Below the pieces are notes generated by a model that worked only from the letters and a program-made list of their open reading frames with translations, was not told the DNA's origin and searched no databases. DNA of 29,980 bases from a virus (taxonomy: Duplodnaviria > Caudoviricetes). A program made the translations under genes and the position numbers. Shown here piece after piece: positions 8,690 through 17,954 of this stretch. The stretch's first letter is position 1; each line of letters opens with the position of its first letter. Location of the stretch: the IMG/VR virus record IMGVR_UViG_3300027838_000835, positions 1 through 29,980 of that record; one strand, 5' to 3'.

Positions 8690-9600
8690 GAATTGCTGTA
8701 TGTATTAGTGGACAGTTACGAACTTGGGCCCAATGTTACGACTCTTGGATGAATTTATTTGATATTAATTTAATTAAATCTCAGATATTGAATACTATAC
8801 GAGATATTGGATACAGAGTAGATTGGTTGGGCAAGGTTCATTCTGAGGTAAATCCACTTGGTAAAAGTATAATAGATGTTTCTTATATATTACCTGGCAA
8901 TCTTGATCCAACTTCCATGATTAATACATATAATGATTTAACTTTAAACCCTATAATTGAAATTGATTATTTCGTGCATACTTGGGACTTTAATACTGAA
9001 TCAAATTCAAAAAATATTGGAATTTCATCTGAGAGTGATACGGTGGTATATTCAATATCTGAAAGTGAAATGAAGTTGTTTAACTCTACGGTGAATCCAA
9101 AAAAAATTTGTATAGAGGGACACGATGTTAGTGACAATAAATTTCAATGGGGGGCTGTTAATCCTTTATTGGGGTGGTCACGAAGCCAATTTTATGGAAT
9201 ATCAGAGGTTTCGAAACTGAAGGCGGAATATGAAATTGAACATAATTTTACATATGATATGTGCGTGAGACTTCGACCTGACCTGTTTTTTAGTGATACA
9301 AATAAAGCTTTATTTTTGAAAGAAGTTATGTTACCAAAGGATAATTTTTTATATGGTATTCATTGTGGAAAGGATGAGGAATTTCCATATAGTGTAGTCG
9401 GTGATATTTTTTATTATGCAAATTCTAAAACTTATGATATAATTAGTGATTTTTATACTGCATTGGATGACATGGATGGGAGTTTATTTAGTCAATATGT
9501 AAAACCAGAATTGGTTTTTAGTCATTATTTAACTGAAAATAATATAGGAGTTTATTCTATATTGTCAGATGTAGAAGTAAAACGGAGAAACAAACGATGA
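8686..9600 (+). CDS. Putative glycosyltransferase, 'IAVCISGQxR...YDxxxRxRxD' family, paralog 1
   Basis: MRIAVCISGQLR, IDYFVHTWD, YEIEHNFTYDMCVRLRPDL, VGDIFYY, KPE. Transferase function inferred from motif pattern and context. Confidence 0.55.
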   Translation: MRIAVCISGQLRTWAQCYDSWMNLFDINLIKSQILNTIRDIGYRVDWLGKVHSEVNPLGKSIIDVSYILPGNLDPTSMINTYNDLTLNPIIEIDYFVHTWDFNTESNSKNIGISSESDTVVYSISESEMKLFNSTVNPKKICIEGHDVSDNKFQWGAVNPLLGWSRSQFYGISEVSKLKAEYEIEHNFTYDMCVRLRPDLFFSDTNKALFLKEVMLPKDNFLYGIHCGKDEEFPYSVVGDIFYYANSKTYDIISDFYTALDDMDGSLFSQYVKPELVFSHYLTENNIGVYSILSDVEVKRRNKR

Positions 9601-9707
9601 ATATAGTGAAATGGATAAAGAAGAAAATACAAGAGTTTAGGCTCAAGAAGAGATATAATAAAAAAATAAAAGAATTAAAAAAACGTGACCCGTTTATTTA
9701 TAAATAA
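9597..9707 (+). CDS. 36-aa highly basic small protein (MNIVKWIKKKIQEFRLKKRYNKKIKELKKRDPFIYK)
   Basis: Hand translation, not in the ORF track. GGAG upstream, ATGA overlap with the upstream gene, stop 3 nt before the next ATG, so it fills the gap exactly. Confidence 0.7.
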   Translation: MNIVKWIKKKIQEFRLKKRYNKKIKELKKRDPFIYK

Positions 9708-9710
9708 ATA

Positions 9711-10385
9711 ATGAATAATATAGCAATTTGTATATCTGGTAATATTTCAACATTATCTACGAGTATAAAAAACTGGGGCCAATTTTTTGATTTATCAAAA
9801 ATTGATTTATTTTATTTTGGATGGTCTCCAACAAATATACAAATAGATGTTCCAAATTTGAAGAAATCACAGTTAAAGGATATATCATTCCAGTCGATAA
9901 TTTTAGAAAACTTTTGGGTAGAATATCGGCAAAAGTGGAGTTTTGACAATCAGGGAATCCGCCAGTCCATTGACGTTCCAACTCGTGATAAATTTGTTTT
10001 ATATTTATATGAACTCATGTATAAATCTAATTTGAAAAGAACATATGAATTGGATAATAACTTTCAATATGATGTTTGTATTAATTTAGATTCTAAATGT
10101 ACATTTGATAAATTTGAATTTGATATTACTAAAATAATTCCTGGATACGTTTATACATACAATAATAGTTATACATCAGCATTTCCATTTCAACAATCCA
10201 ATAGCCAATTTTTTATATCAGATACTGTTAGATATGACATGCTATCAAATATGTATAAGTTTGTTCAATATTTACCACCAGATATTTGGGATAAATTAAC
10301 CGAATTTAATTTATTATATTATTTTATTCAAATGTTTAAATTTATTAATAGTGACATTAATAATATTGGAATTATTTATGAATAA
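9711..10385 (+). CDS. Putative glycosyltransferase-family paralog 2 (degenerate motifs)
   Basis: IAICISG, KRTYELDNNFQYDVCI; lacks the R-x-D and HTWD seen in its neighbours. Confidence 0.5.
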   Translation: MNNIAICISGNISTLSTSIKNWGQFFDLSKIDLFYFGWSPTNIQIDVPNLKKSQLKDISFQSIILENFWVEYRQKWSFDNQGIRQSIDVPTRDKFVLYLYELMYKSNLKRTYELDNNFQYDVCINLDSKCTFDKFEFDITKIIPGYVYTYNNSYTSAFPFQQSNSQFFISDTVRYDMLSNMYKFVQYLPPDIWDKLTEFNLLYYFIQMFKFINSDINNIGIIYE

Positions 10386-11208
10386 TTTTAAATGTGCAGT
10401 CCTTTTATCTGGAGAGTCCAGAACATGGGAACTTGCTAAAAACAATATTAAGTTTTTTTTCGAGCGTGGTATTAAGTCTGAATATAATAATATTCGCCGT
10501 CCATTTAAAGTTGATTATTTTATTCATACCTGGGATACGAACTCCTGGAGGGATCCCACCCAACCACATGGAACGAAAAATTCATTTAAATTAGAGGCAA
10601 TTCCATCAAATACTAAACAGAAAATGGAAGATTTCTATAATCCCAAATTTATTGAAATTCAACCACCCATTGAATTTAGTTTTAGTAATCCCTGGACATC
10701 AATGTTTTATAGTTTTACAAAAACTAATCAATTTAAGCGAACTTATGAATTGGAAAATGATTTTATATATGATATTGTTATTAAGGCTAGATTGGATACT
10801 ATATATAATACAAGACGACCACTTCACATTAATAAGCCAGATTCGGATTATGGTAATAGGGTGATGTGGTCACTTTCAAATGAAATAAGCAAGATGGGGA
10901 ATGAATTTAATTATTTTAATTTTGATGATGTTGCGTGGTTTTGTGATTCCCCCACAATGGATATGATTTCTAATTTAGTTTATATACTTCCATCAAACCC
11001 ACCCAGCGATAATTTTTATAAACCGGTAAAATGTTATTATGGGCCAGGGGCCCTGATATATGATTTTATGTCTGAATTTGGCATTGATAGTAGAGCATTC
11101 CATTCATTTAATTATCTTGTAGTTCGTCAACAATCTATGATTGATAATTTGAAGTATCCAGATGATATTAAACTTATAAGACGACAGGCAATGGAGTTTT
11201 ATCAATAA
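10378..11208 (+). CDS. Putative glycosyltransferase-family paralog 3
   Basis: CAVLLSGESRTW, VDYFIHTWD, KRTYELENDFIYDIVIKARLD, FDDVAWF. ATG 10378 preferred over GTG 10351. Confidence 0.55.
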   Translation: MNNFKCAVLLSGESRTWELAKNNIKFFFERGIKSEYNNIRRPFKVDYFIHTWDTNSWRDPTQPHGTKNSFKLEAIPSNTKQKMEDFYNPKFIEIQPPIEFSFSNPWTSMFYSFTKTNQFKRTYELENDFIYDIVIKARLDTIYNTRRPLHINKPDSDYGNRVMWSLSNEISKMGNEFNYFNFDDVAWFCDSPTMDMISNLVYILPSNPPSDNFYKPVKCYYGPGALIYDFMSEFGIDSRAFHSFNYLVVRQQSMIDNLKYPDDIKLIRRQAMEFYQ

Positions 11209-11903
11209 TTAAATTCATTTAATTTTGATGCTGCAACTTGAATAGATATACCATACGAACCATCAAATGTCCCGTGATAATCATACGGACTAAATAATAA
11301 AATTTTAGTATCATCGGTAGGTATGTAAAATTTATCTTCTACATTGTCATAAATAAATAACTTTTTAGTATCATCTATTAAAAAATGTAACTTAACACTT
11401 TTATTAGTATTCATACCTTTTTTATTTAAAACTTTCTTGGAATCGATATCAAAACTCTCAAACTTTGGATTACTATCTTCTACATTATCTACTAATTTAA
11501 ATTCATCTTTATGTATTAATAAATCTCTTACAGAATCATTTTTGTTAAGAGCTTTATTTTCTATTGCAAGCCATGGTGAAGATGGTTTGGATGCCCCATC
11601 TTGGTGTATTAATACTGAATTGGTATTTTTTATTTCATTTAATATATTGAATTTTTTTTTAACATTGCTGTTAGAAATAGAATCTATTAAATTTGCAGTA
11701 TGGGGTAATACATTTCTACATTTGTTGTTAAATTCATCTGAATTCCAATTATCCCACACATTACCTATAAATACATCGGTATTTGAATCACTTTCTTGTT
11801 TATGTAGGTAATTATGAAGTTCTATTTTGGCTAAATCAAATAACCTTTCAGTTTCATCTGTTAGTTCTATCTTAATATAAGGGTTGTTATTTATTCCTAC
11901 CAC
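11202..11903 (-). CDS. Hypothetical protein, possible Fe(II)/2-oxoglutarate oxygenase-like (DSBH) fold
   Basis: 233-aa ORF with LIHQDG (HxD), beta-strand-rich LHFLI...LFIYD...LLFS, and distal YHGT His. The 2OG-binding Arg is not obvious. Confidence 0.45.
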   Translation of the reverse strand: MVGINNNPYIKIELTDETERLFDLAKIELHNYLHKQESDSNTDVFIGNVWDNWNSDEFNNKCRNVLPHTANLIDSISNSNVKKKFNILNEIKNTNSVLIHQDGASKPSSPWLAIENKALNKNDSVRDLLIHKDEFKLVDNVEDSNPKFESFDIDSKKVLNKKGMNTNKSVKLHFLIDDTKKLFIYDNVEDKFYIPTDDTKILLFSPYDYHGTFDGSYGISIQVAASKLNEFNY

Positions 11904-11906
11904 TTA

Positions 11907-12077
11907 TCATAATGTTTCTGTTACTTCTTCAGATTTTTCGGAAGTACCGTGGCCACCACCAGATTCTGCACACCAACACTTTTCACCTGTTGTTTCTTGA
12001 AATTCTTTAATTTCTTCTTGTGTACCTTCACAATTACATTGTTCGGTACATCCACATTTAATTTTCTCGTCTGTCAT
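11907..12077 (-). CDS. 56-aa Cys-rich acidic peptide (MTDEKIKCGCTEQCNCEGTQEEIKEFQETTGEKCWCAESGGGHGTSEKSEEVTETL)
   Basis: Hand translation of the minus strand, not in the ORF track. AAGGA upstream of the ATG; three CxC pairs; ends TGA TAA immediately before the GTG of the downstream gene. Confidence 0.72.
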   Translation of the reverse strand: MTDEKIKCGCTEQCNCEGTQEEIKEFQETTGEKCWCAESGGGHGTSEKSEEVTETL

Positions 12078-12111
12078 GATAATTTCCTTATGTAATTATT
12101 ATATGAATATC

Positions 12112-12129
12112 TATTTATATATATAAATA
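12112..12129. promoter_or_regulatory. Perfect 18-bp palindrome TATTTATATATATAAATA between divergent genes; candidate bidirectional late promoter
   Basis: Carries TATTTATA and TATAAATA (the T4 late -10 consensus) on both strands, about 33-35 nt from both divergent ATGs (12077 minus, 12162 plus). Confidence 0.55.
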
Positions 12130-12161
12130 TAGTTTATTAGTTGAATTGTGAGAAAATAGTT

Positions 12162-13532
12162 ATGAAAAAATATATAAAATTTGGTTATGATTTCTTTATG
12201 GGGGGTGATATGTTACCGAACGCATATAATAGAAAACTTGGTGAGTTTAGGTATCTTAGAAGTTTTGGACATATTAATTCCAATACCAATATTGATTTCA
12301 CAGACAATATAAAAAAAACCTTCGGTGAGAATATATATGCACCAACTACAATTGATGGGTCTGTATTTGATACCAAGTATTATATGAATAGAGAATTTGC
12401 ATTTGAACGTGGCCACATCCAGAATACCGAAAAATATATTTACCTTATAAAACCAGAACCGACATTCTATGGATTTCTGGGTATATCGAATGGTACTATA
12501 ACGAACTTACCGTTTTGGAGATTTATAACCAGAGATGCCATGTTAGATTTAAAGTCAAACCGAGCACTGTTGGTAATAGATTATACAATGGAGCCATTTA
12601 TTCCAGTATCACATTATGAATTCTTCACACGTGCAATTCGGGATTCTGAAATACCCTTTCGGAATATAATGATTTTGGTGAATAGTTTTAATGCAAAAGA
12701 ATATTATGAAAAAATACAATTTATGGGTAAGCCACCCAGGAATGAATCATATAAAATTAGAAACTTACCATTTTGTTTGGAATATGCATCATATCACTAC
12801 GGTGAAAGTATTAAAATGAATAAGAAAAACTGTATATCGTTGAATGAATTTGAGAGCGTAAAGCGTAAACGCCGAAAATATAAATTTCTCATGCATGTAA
12901 AAGCTACTCGAAAATGCCGATTGGAAATTCTCGATTATTTATTTGAACATGAATATACTAAGTATGGTGATTATTCACTTTTAATTGATGAGGGGGAAAG
13001 ATACAAATTAAATCCATTTTCACATTTAAAGGGAATATCTAAATTACCAAAAAATTTGGAAAGTGAATCTTATGCGCCAATGGATATTAACGCGTGGAGT
13101 ATTCATGGACGTTCATTTGAAAATCCTCGACCATATGTTAATAGTTATTTTAATATTTGTTGTGAGACTATATTTGATGAATCGGACATGCTCTCATTAA
13201 CCGAAAAGATTTTTAAACCTATTGTAAATTTTCAACCATTTATTTTAGTAGGTGGATATAATTTTATTAATTTACTTAAAAAGTTAGGATTTAAAACATT
13301 TGATCCATTTATAAATGAATCATATGATAATGAGAAGGATCCAATACAGAGGATGTTATTAATTAAACAAGAAATTGATAAACTTTGTAATATGCCCTAT
13401 GATGAATTGCATGAGTGGTATTTACAAATGGAAGATATTTTAGTACACAATCATAAACATTTATTATCCCACTTAAATGGACGAATTCATAGTGATAGTA
13501 TATTAGAGGAATTATATGATTTCGTTAGATGA
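12162..13532 (+). CDS. Putative glycosyltransferase-like protein (C-terminus reminiscent of GT10/fucosyltransferase donor-binding motif)
   Basis: YVNSYFNICCET...SLTEKIFKPIVNFQPFILVG...LKKLGFKTF...ESYD resembles the GT10 YxFxxxxEN...xTEK pattern. ATG 12162 preferred over TTG 12141. Confidence 0.45.
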   Translation: MKKYIKFGYDFFMGGDMLPNAYNRKLGEFRYLRSFGHINSNTNIDFTDNIKKTFGENIYAPTTIDGSVFDTKYYMNREFAFERGHIQNTEKYIYLIKPEPTFYGFLGISNGTITNLPFWRFITRDAMLDLKSNRALLVIDYTMEPFIPVSHYEFFTRAIRDSEIPFRNIMILVNSFNAKEYYEKIQFMGKPPRNESYKIRNLPFCLEYASYHYGESIKMNKKNCISLNEFESVKRKRRKYKFLMHVKATRKCRLEILDYLFEHEYTKYGDYSLLIDEGERYKLNPFSHLKGISKLPKNLESESYAPMDINAWSIHGRSFENPRPYVNSYFNICCETIFDESDMLSLTEKIFKPIVNFQPFILVGGYNFINLLKKLGFKTFDPFINESYDNEKDPIQRMLLIKQEIDKLCNMPYDELHEWYLQMEDILVHNHKHLLSHLNGRIHSDSILEELYDFVR

Positions 13533-14304
13533 TTTTTATTCAAATCGTATTATTACATTCGATGATGTACGAAATGTGAATAGTAATGAACTTGCAACAG
13601 ATACGAGTGGGGATATTACATATACGTTGAATGAGCATGGCGTTAGATCAGTTTCAATATGTGATAGAAGTGAATATCAAATTTTAACACTGGGGTGTTC
13701 TTGGACAATGGGTATTGGAGTTGAGTTTGATAAAACATGGCCTCAACTGATATCTAAAAAATTTAAATCTGCAGGTGTGTGGAACTACGGCATGTACGGT
13801 ATATCATGCTCATTTATAATTCGTCAATGCTTTAAAATATTAAATAGTGGATATATACCAGATGCAATTTTTGTACTTTGGCCAGGATTTTCTCGTAGAG
13901 AATATTTTACTTCATTGGGAAAATATCGTAAAATTGGTGGCCACCGACTCGCGAATGACGATGATGTTGTTTGGAAAAATAATACTCCAGATATTGCATT
14001 TTTAGAACTACAAAATGATTATCAGGATATAAGTGAATTTTGGATATCGTATAATTTTTTAGTAACATTGTGTAATAGTTATAAAATAAAATTATACCAT
14101 TCAATTGTAGGGTATTATTATGAAATATTTATGGCTAATTATGAAGTACTAAATAAGTTTATAAATACAGATACTTTTTTTGTTCCTACTACTTCATATC
14201 AAAATGATTATGGTGGTAGTGATGGTTCACATCCAGGAGTGGAGTGGCATGATAAATTTGCAACAGAATTTTACAATTTTATAAATGAGAATAATGATGA
14301 GTAG
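13516..14304 (+). CDS. SGNH/GDSL-fold esterase or O-acyltransferase
   Basis: LGCSWTMG (block I Ser), NYGMYGIS (block II), DGSHPG (DxxH, block V). Confidence 0.72.
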   Translation: MISLDDFYSNRIITFDDVRNVNSNELATDTSGDITYTLNEHGVRSVSICDRSEYQILTLGCSWTMGIGVEFDKTWPQLISKKFKSAGVWNYGMYGISCSFIIRQCFKILNSGYIPDAIFVLWPGFSRREYFTSLGKYRKIGGHRLANDDDVVWKNNTPDIAFLELQNDYQDISEFWISYNFLVTLCNSYKIKLYHSIVGYYYEIFMANYEVLNKFINTDTFFVPTTSYQNDYGGSDGSHPGVEWHDKFATEFYNFINENNDE

Positions 14305-15175
14305 AAAAACATTAATAGTAAACGGTGACAGTTGGACATTTGGTTCTGAAATATTAAATCCAGAGTTGGAGAGATTCAGTAACATAGTAACTGAACAGGA
14401 TTTTGAGCAAAATAATGATTCATATAGAATACCCAGAATTTATCCAACACATCTGAGTAAATTAATGGATGTGGATTTAATAAATTTATCTTGGCCGGCC
14501 GATGATAATAAATCGATATTAAATAGGACTATTTCATATATATCTCAACATTATATAGAACCCAATAAATCAACTAAAGATTTATTTGTTATTGTGGGTT
14601 GGACTTCCCCAGAGCGAAATTCATTTTGGTGGGAAGATTCTTCTCAGAGCGATACATTTAGACTATGGCCTCATCATAAACATTTTGATAGACCACTACA
14701 AGAAGATTTTTGGAAAATTTATGTAGATTCAATGTGGAATGAACAGGAATATATTCCACGATATATACTTAACATTCTACAGTTTCAAAGTTTTTGTAAT
14801 CAATATGATATCAAGTGGATGTGTTTTAATGCATTTGCAGCAGATAGTAAACCTAAAGTTGGGTTTCATGAGTGGGCGGACTTGGATATACGAAAATGTT
14901 TAGATTCCCATACTAAAAACGTTGGTGCTACTCCAATGACCACTCATGAGGTAGGAAGTCGCATTCCATACCAGTGTACATATTTACCAATTTGGAATAT
15001 GATTGATCCAGTGCGGTTTTATAAAAAAGATGAAAAATTTAATACATTTAAAAGTTTCGTGGATAGAAATGTTGATGTGAATTCGAGGTGGTATGGTATA
15101 CACCCATCTCCCCATTCACATGAAATGTGGGCAAATGAAATATTTAATTATATAGAGGAAAATAAATTATTATGA
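14297..15175 (+). CDS. SGNH/GDSL-fold protein
   Basis: NGDSWTFG, NLSWPADDN, VGWTSPER, GIHPSPHSH. Start could be 14285, 14294 or 14297. Confidence 0.7.
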   Translation: MSRKTLIVNGDSWTFGSEILNPELERFSNIVTEQDFEQNNDSYRIPRIYPTHLSKLMDVDLINLSWPADDNKSILNRTISYISQHYIEPNKSTKDLFVIVGWTSPERNSFWWEDSSQSDTFRLWPHHKHFDRPLQEDFWKIYVDSMWNEQEYIPRYILNILQFQSFCNQYDIKWMCFNAFAADSKPKVGFHEWADLDIRKCLDSHTKNVGATPMTTHEVGSRIPYQCTYLPIWNMIDPVRFYKKDEKFNTFKSFVDRNVDVNSRWYGIHPSPHSHEMWANEIFNYIEENKLL

Positions 15176-15987
15176 AAAATTTAGTAATTTGTGGTTGTTC
15201 ATTCGCAAAGGGTATTGGATGTACAGATTTAAATAAAACACCATTTGGTATTTTATTGTCAGATAAATTGAAATTAAATCATATTAACTTGGCTAAGGGA
15301 TCGAGTAGTAATTTTTCTATTTATTTACAGGCAAAATATGTAGTTGAAAAACTTAAAGATGTTGAGTTGGTGATATTGTCGGTAACTTCATATGACAGAA
15401 CAGAGTGGATGAAAGAAACTTTACAAAATGATGAATATTTTAAAAAATTTGAATTGGAGAGTGGTGAATTATCAAATACAAATGTGAATTATCATCAATA
15501 TCCACCACACGGCGAGGCCACATATTCACAAATTTTACCGTTCTATATGGAAGATGATCCAACCTATACGGGTGAAATGTTTACTGAAAATTATGTTGGG
15601 ATTTTTGATTATATAGATAATTTTATTGATAAAAATAGATCATCTACTTATTATGCAAGATTTGATAATGAGCGCCCCGATAGAACTAAAATTTTAAAAG
15701 ACTATTTTTTAAATATCGTAGATTTGAGAATCAAAAGAATGTACGATGTGGGTATGATTAATCTTGCATGTAATTTGTTTGATCAACATGATATGAAATA
15801 TTTAATTTTAACTGACGACCATATATTTAACCAGTTCATTTCCTATAAAAATTTGGTTAATGTATCATGGGGGGAACTTTCGATACATTATCCAGATTCA
15901 TTGAAAAGTGCACATACGGGTGAGGCTGGGCACAAAATTGTATTTGAAAAAATATCAGAGAAGATGAAAATAAATGAATGGTATTAA
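15172..15987 (+). CDS. SGNH/GDSL-fold protein
   Basis: CGCSFAKG, NLAKGSSSN, TSYDRTE, AHTGEAGH. ATGA-type coupling region with the upstream gene. Confidence 0.7.
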   Translation: MKNLVICGCSFAKGIGCTDLNKTPFGILLSDKLKLNHINLAKGSSSNFSIYLQAKYVVEKLKDVELVILSVTSYDRTEWMKETLQNDEYFKKFELESGELSNTNVNYHQYPPHGEATYSQILPFYMEDDPTYTGEMFTENYVGIFDYIDNFIDKNRSSTYYARFDNERPDRTKILKDYFLNIVDLRIKRMYDVGMINLACNLFDQHDMKYLILTDDHIFNQFISYKNLVNVSWGELSIHYPDSLKSAHTGEAGHKIVFEKISEKMKINEWY

Positions 15988-16018
15988 CTTTTTATCTCCC
16001 ATCCTGACATATAACTAA

Positions 16019-17023
16019 ATGAGAGTTTTAATAACAGGTATTACAGGGTTCGTTGGTAGTCATATGGCCGATTATCTTCTTAATAATGTGGGAGATGTGA
16101 AAATATTTGCTACCAAAAGATGGAGAAGTAAAGAAAATAATATTAAACATTTGTTTGGTGACGATAGAGTTATATTTGAAGAGTGTGATTTATTGGATAG
16201 GGGAAGTATTGCAAGAATTATTAATATCGCAAAGCCAGATATAGTTTATCACTTTGCTGCTCAAAGTTTTCCTGGATCTAGTTTTTTAACACCAATAAGC
16301 ACTATAAATACCAATATTATTGGAACGGTAAATTTATTAGACGAATTGAAACTGGCTAAAGATAGAGAATTGTGTAATCCAACAATCATTAGTGTATCTT
16401 CATCAGAAGTATATGGTATGCCAGAGAGTGGTGATGATATTCCTATTAAAGAAACGAATCCAATTAGAGCCGCAAACCCATATTCAATATCAAAGGTTGG
16501 GCACGATTTGATGTCGCAGTATTATCATAAAGCATTTGATATGAAAGTTATAATTACAAGAATGTTTTCTCATGAAGGAAAGAGAAGAGGAAAAAGATTT
16601 GCTTTATCATTTTTCGCTAACCAAATTGTTCAAGCAGAGTTAGGGTTGAAAGATTATAATATTCATCATGGAAATCTTGACTCTATCAGAACATACAACC
16701 ACATAGAAGATGCAGTGCATGCTTATTGGTTGGCTGTAAATAATTGTGATTATGGTGAAGTTTATAATATTGGTGGAGATGATACAAGATCAATTGGGGA
16801 AGTATTAGATTTATTAATAAGTAAATCTTCAATTTCTAATAAGCTAACAAAATTTTCAGATGAATATTTATACAGACCAACAGACATTACATTACAAATT
16901 CCCGATAGTACAAAATTTAGAGAGAAAACTGGTTGGAAACCAACTAAAGGTTTAGAAGAAATATGTGATGATTTATTAGAATTTTGGAGAAGTCATAAGG
17001 ATTTTTGGAGAGACCCCACATGA
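16019..17023 (+). CDS. Extended SDR NDP-sugar enzyme (GDP-mannose 4,6-dehydratase / GDP-4-keto-6-deoxy-mannose reductase family)
   Basis: LITGITGFVGSH, HFAAQS, SSSEVYG, PYSISK (YxxxK), HGNLDSIR, YRPTD. Confidence 0.88.
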   Translation: MRVLITGITGFVGSHMADYLLNNVGDVKIFATKRWRSKENNIKHLFGDDRVIFEECDLLDRGSIARIINIAKPDIVYHFAAQSFPGSSFLTPISTINTNIIGTVNLLDELKLAKDRELCNPTIISVSSSEVYGMPESGDDIPIKETNPIRAANPYSISKVGHDLMSQYYHKAFDMKVIITRMFSHEGKRRGKRFALSFFANQIVQAELGLKDYNIHHGNLDSIRTYNHIEDAVHAYWLAVNNCDYGEVYNIGGDDTRSIGEVLDLLISKSSISNKLTKFSDEYLYRPTDITLQIPDSTKFREKTGWKPTKGLEEICDDLLEFWRSHKDFWRDPT

Positions 17024-17538
17024 GTTTTAAAACTAAAATAACAAAATCAGAAATATTTCCAGAAGTACAATTACTACAACCAGACCCTTGGTTTGATTAT
17101 CGAGGGGAAATGTGGACTTTTTGGGAAAAGGAAAATGAAGTTTTGCCAATTGGACATGAGTGGAAAATATCAAAATTCACTCGTTCAAGAAAAAATGTAT
17201 TGAGAGGACTTCACGGAGATAAAGTGACTTGGAAAAATATTACTTGTGTTTGGGGAGAGATATATTTGGTTGTAGTAGATAATAGACCAGATTCAGTAAA
17301 TTATTTAAAATGGGATAGTTTTACAGTAACAGATAGAAATCATTTGAGTGTTTTAGTTCCACCAGGGTTTGCGAATGGACATTTATGTTTAAGTGAAGAA
17401 TGTTTATTTCATTATACACAATCATATCCAAATGAGTATGTAGATTGGTTTGACCAAGAAGAAGTTAAATGGGATGATGAAAGTATAGGTATTGATTGGC
17501 CAATAAGTAACCCAATATTGAATTGGAGAGATAAATGA
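17020..17538 (+). CDS. RmlC-like NDP-4-keto-6-deoxy-sugar 3,5-epimerase
   Basis: DYRG, SRKNVLRGLH, VVVDNRPDS, VPPGFANG, WDDESIGIDWP. ATG 17020 in ATGA overlap. Confidence 0.88.
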   Translation: MSFKTKITKSEIFPEVQLLQPDPWFDYRGEMWTFWEKENEVLPIGHEWKISKFTRSRKNVLRGLHGDKVTWKNITCVWGEIYLVVVDNRPDSVNYLKWDSFTVTDRNHLSVLVPPGFANGHLCLSEECLFHYTQSYPNEYVDWFDQEEVKWDDESIGIDWPISNPILNWRDK

Positions 17539-17954
17539 AGGAACGAAAATTTTTACCAACATTAAACGAATTAATTGATAGATTAAGTATTTATCAACTA
17601 AAAGAAGTATTTATACCTAAACATAAAGAATATTACAAAAAAGAAATTTCTGATATTTTACATGATATTGATTTAATTATTCAAGAGGATATAGAACAAG
17701 GTAAAGGTAGGATATCAGCAAAAACTATTAGAGCAATAATTGTTATTTCACAAATCAATGCACACATTTGGTATAATGAAAGTAAAGTTAGAAATGGAGA
17801 AAAGGGTGGTAATTTACATTTAACACATGGATTAAATGGTATTCGTAATGTTGCAGGAAATATTATTAGTGAATGTGTAGGTGGTAGAAAAGATTATAAA
17901 ACAGATTGCTTGGCCTCTGAGTTCAAAGATTGGGAGATTAGTTGGGATGACTAA
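17535..17954 (+). CDS. Small helical hypothetical protein of sugar-nucleotide clusters (DUF4254-like)
   Basis: PTLNELIDRLSIYQLK...NAHIWYNE...NGIRN pattern; translationally coupled on both sides. Confidence 0.45.
   Translation: MKERKFLPTLNELIDRLSIYQLKEVFIPKHKEYYKKEISDILHDIDLIIQEDIEQGKGRISAKTIRAIIVISQINAHIWYNESKVRNGEKGGNLHLTHGLNGIRNVAGNIISECVGGRKDYKTDCLASEFKDWEISWDD

Noticed and set aside
11901-11909. Stop-codon readthrough fusing the Cys-rich peptide to the in-frame downstream enzyme
   Set aside because: Two consecutive different stops (TGA TAA) make readthrough implausible; reinitiation at GTG is simpler.
16981-17012. Short direct repeat TTTTGGAGA (x2) at the end of the SDR gene
   Set aside because: Encodes FWR twice and the second copy doubles as the RBS for the next gene; too short to interpret.
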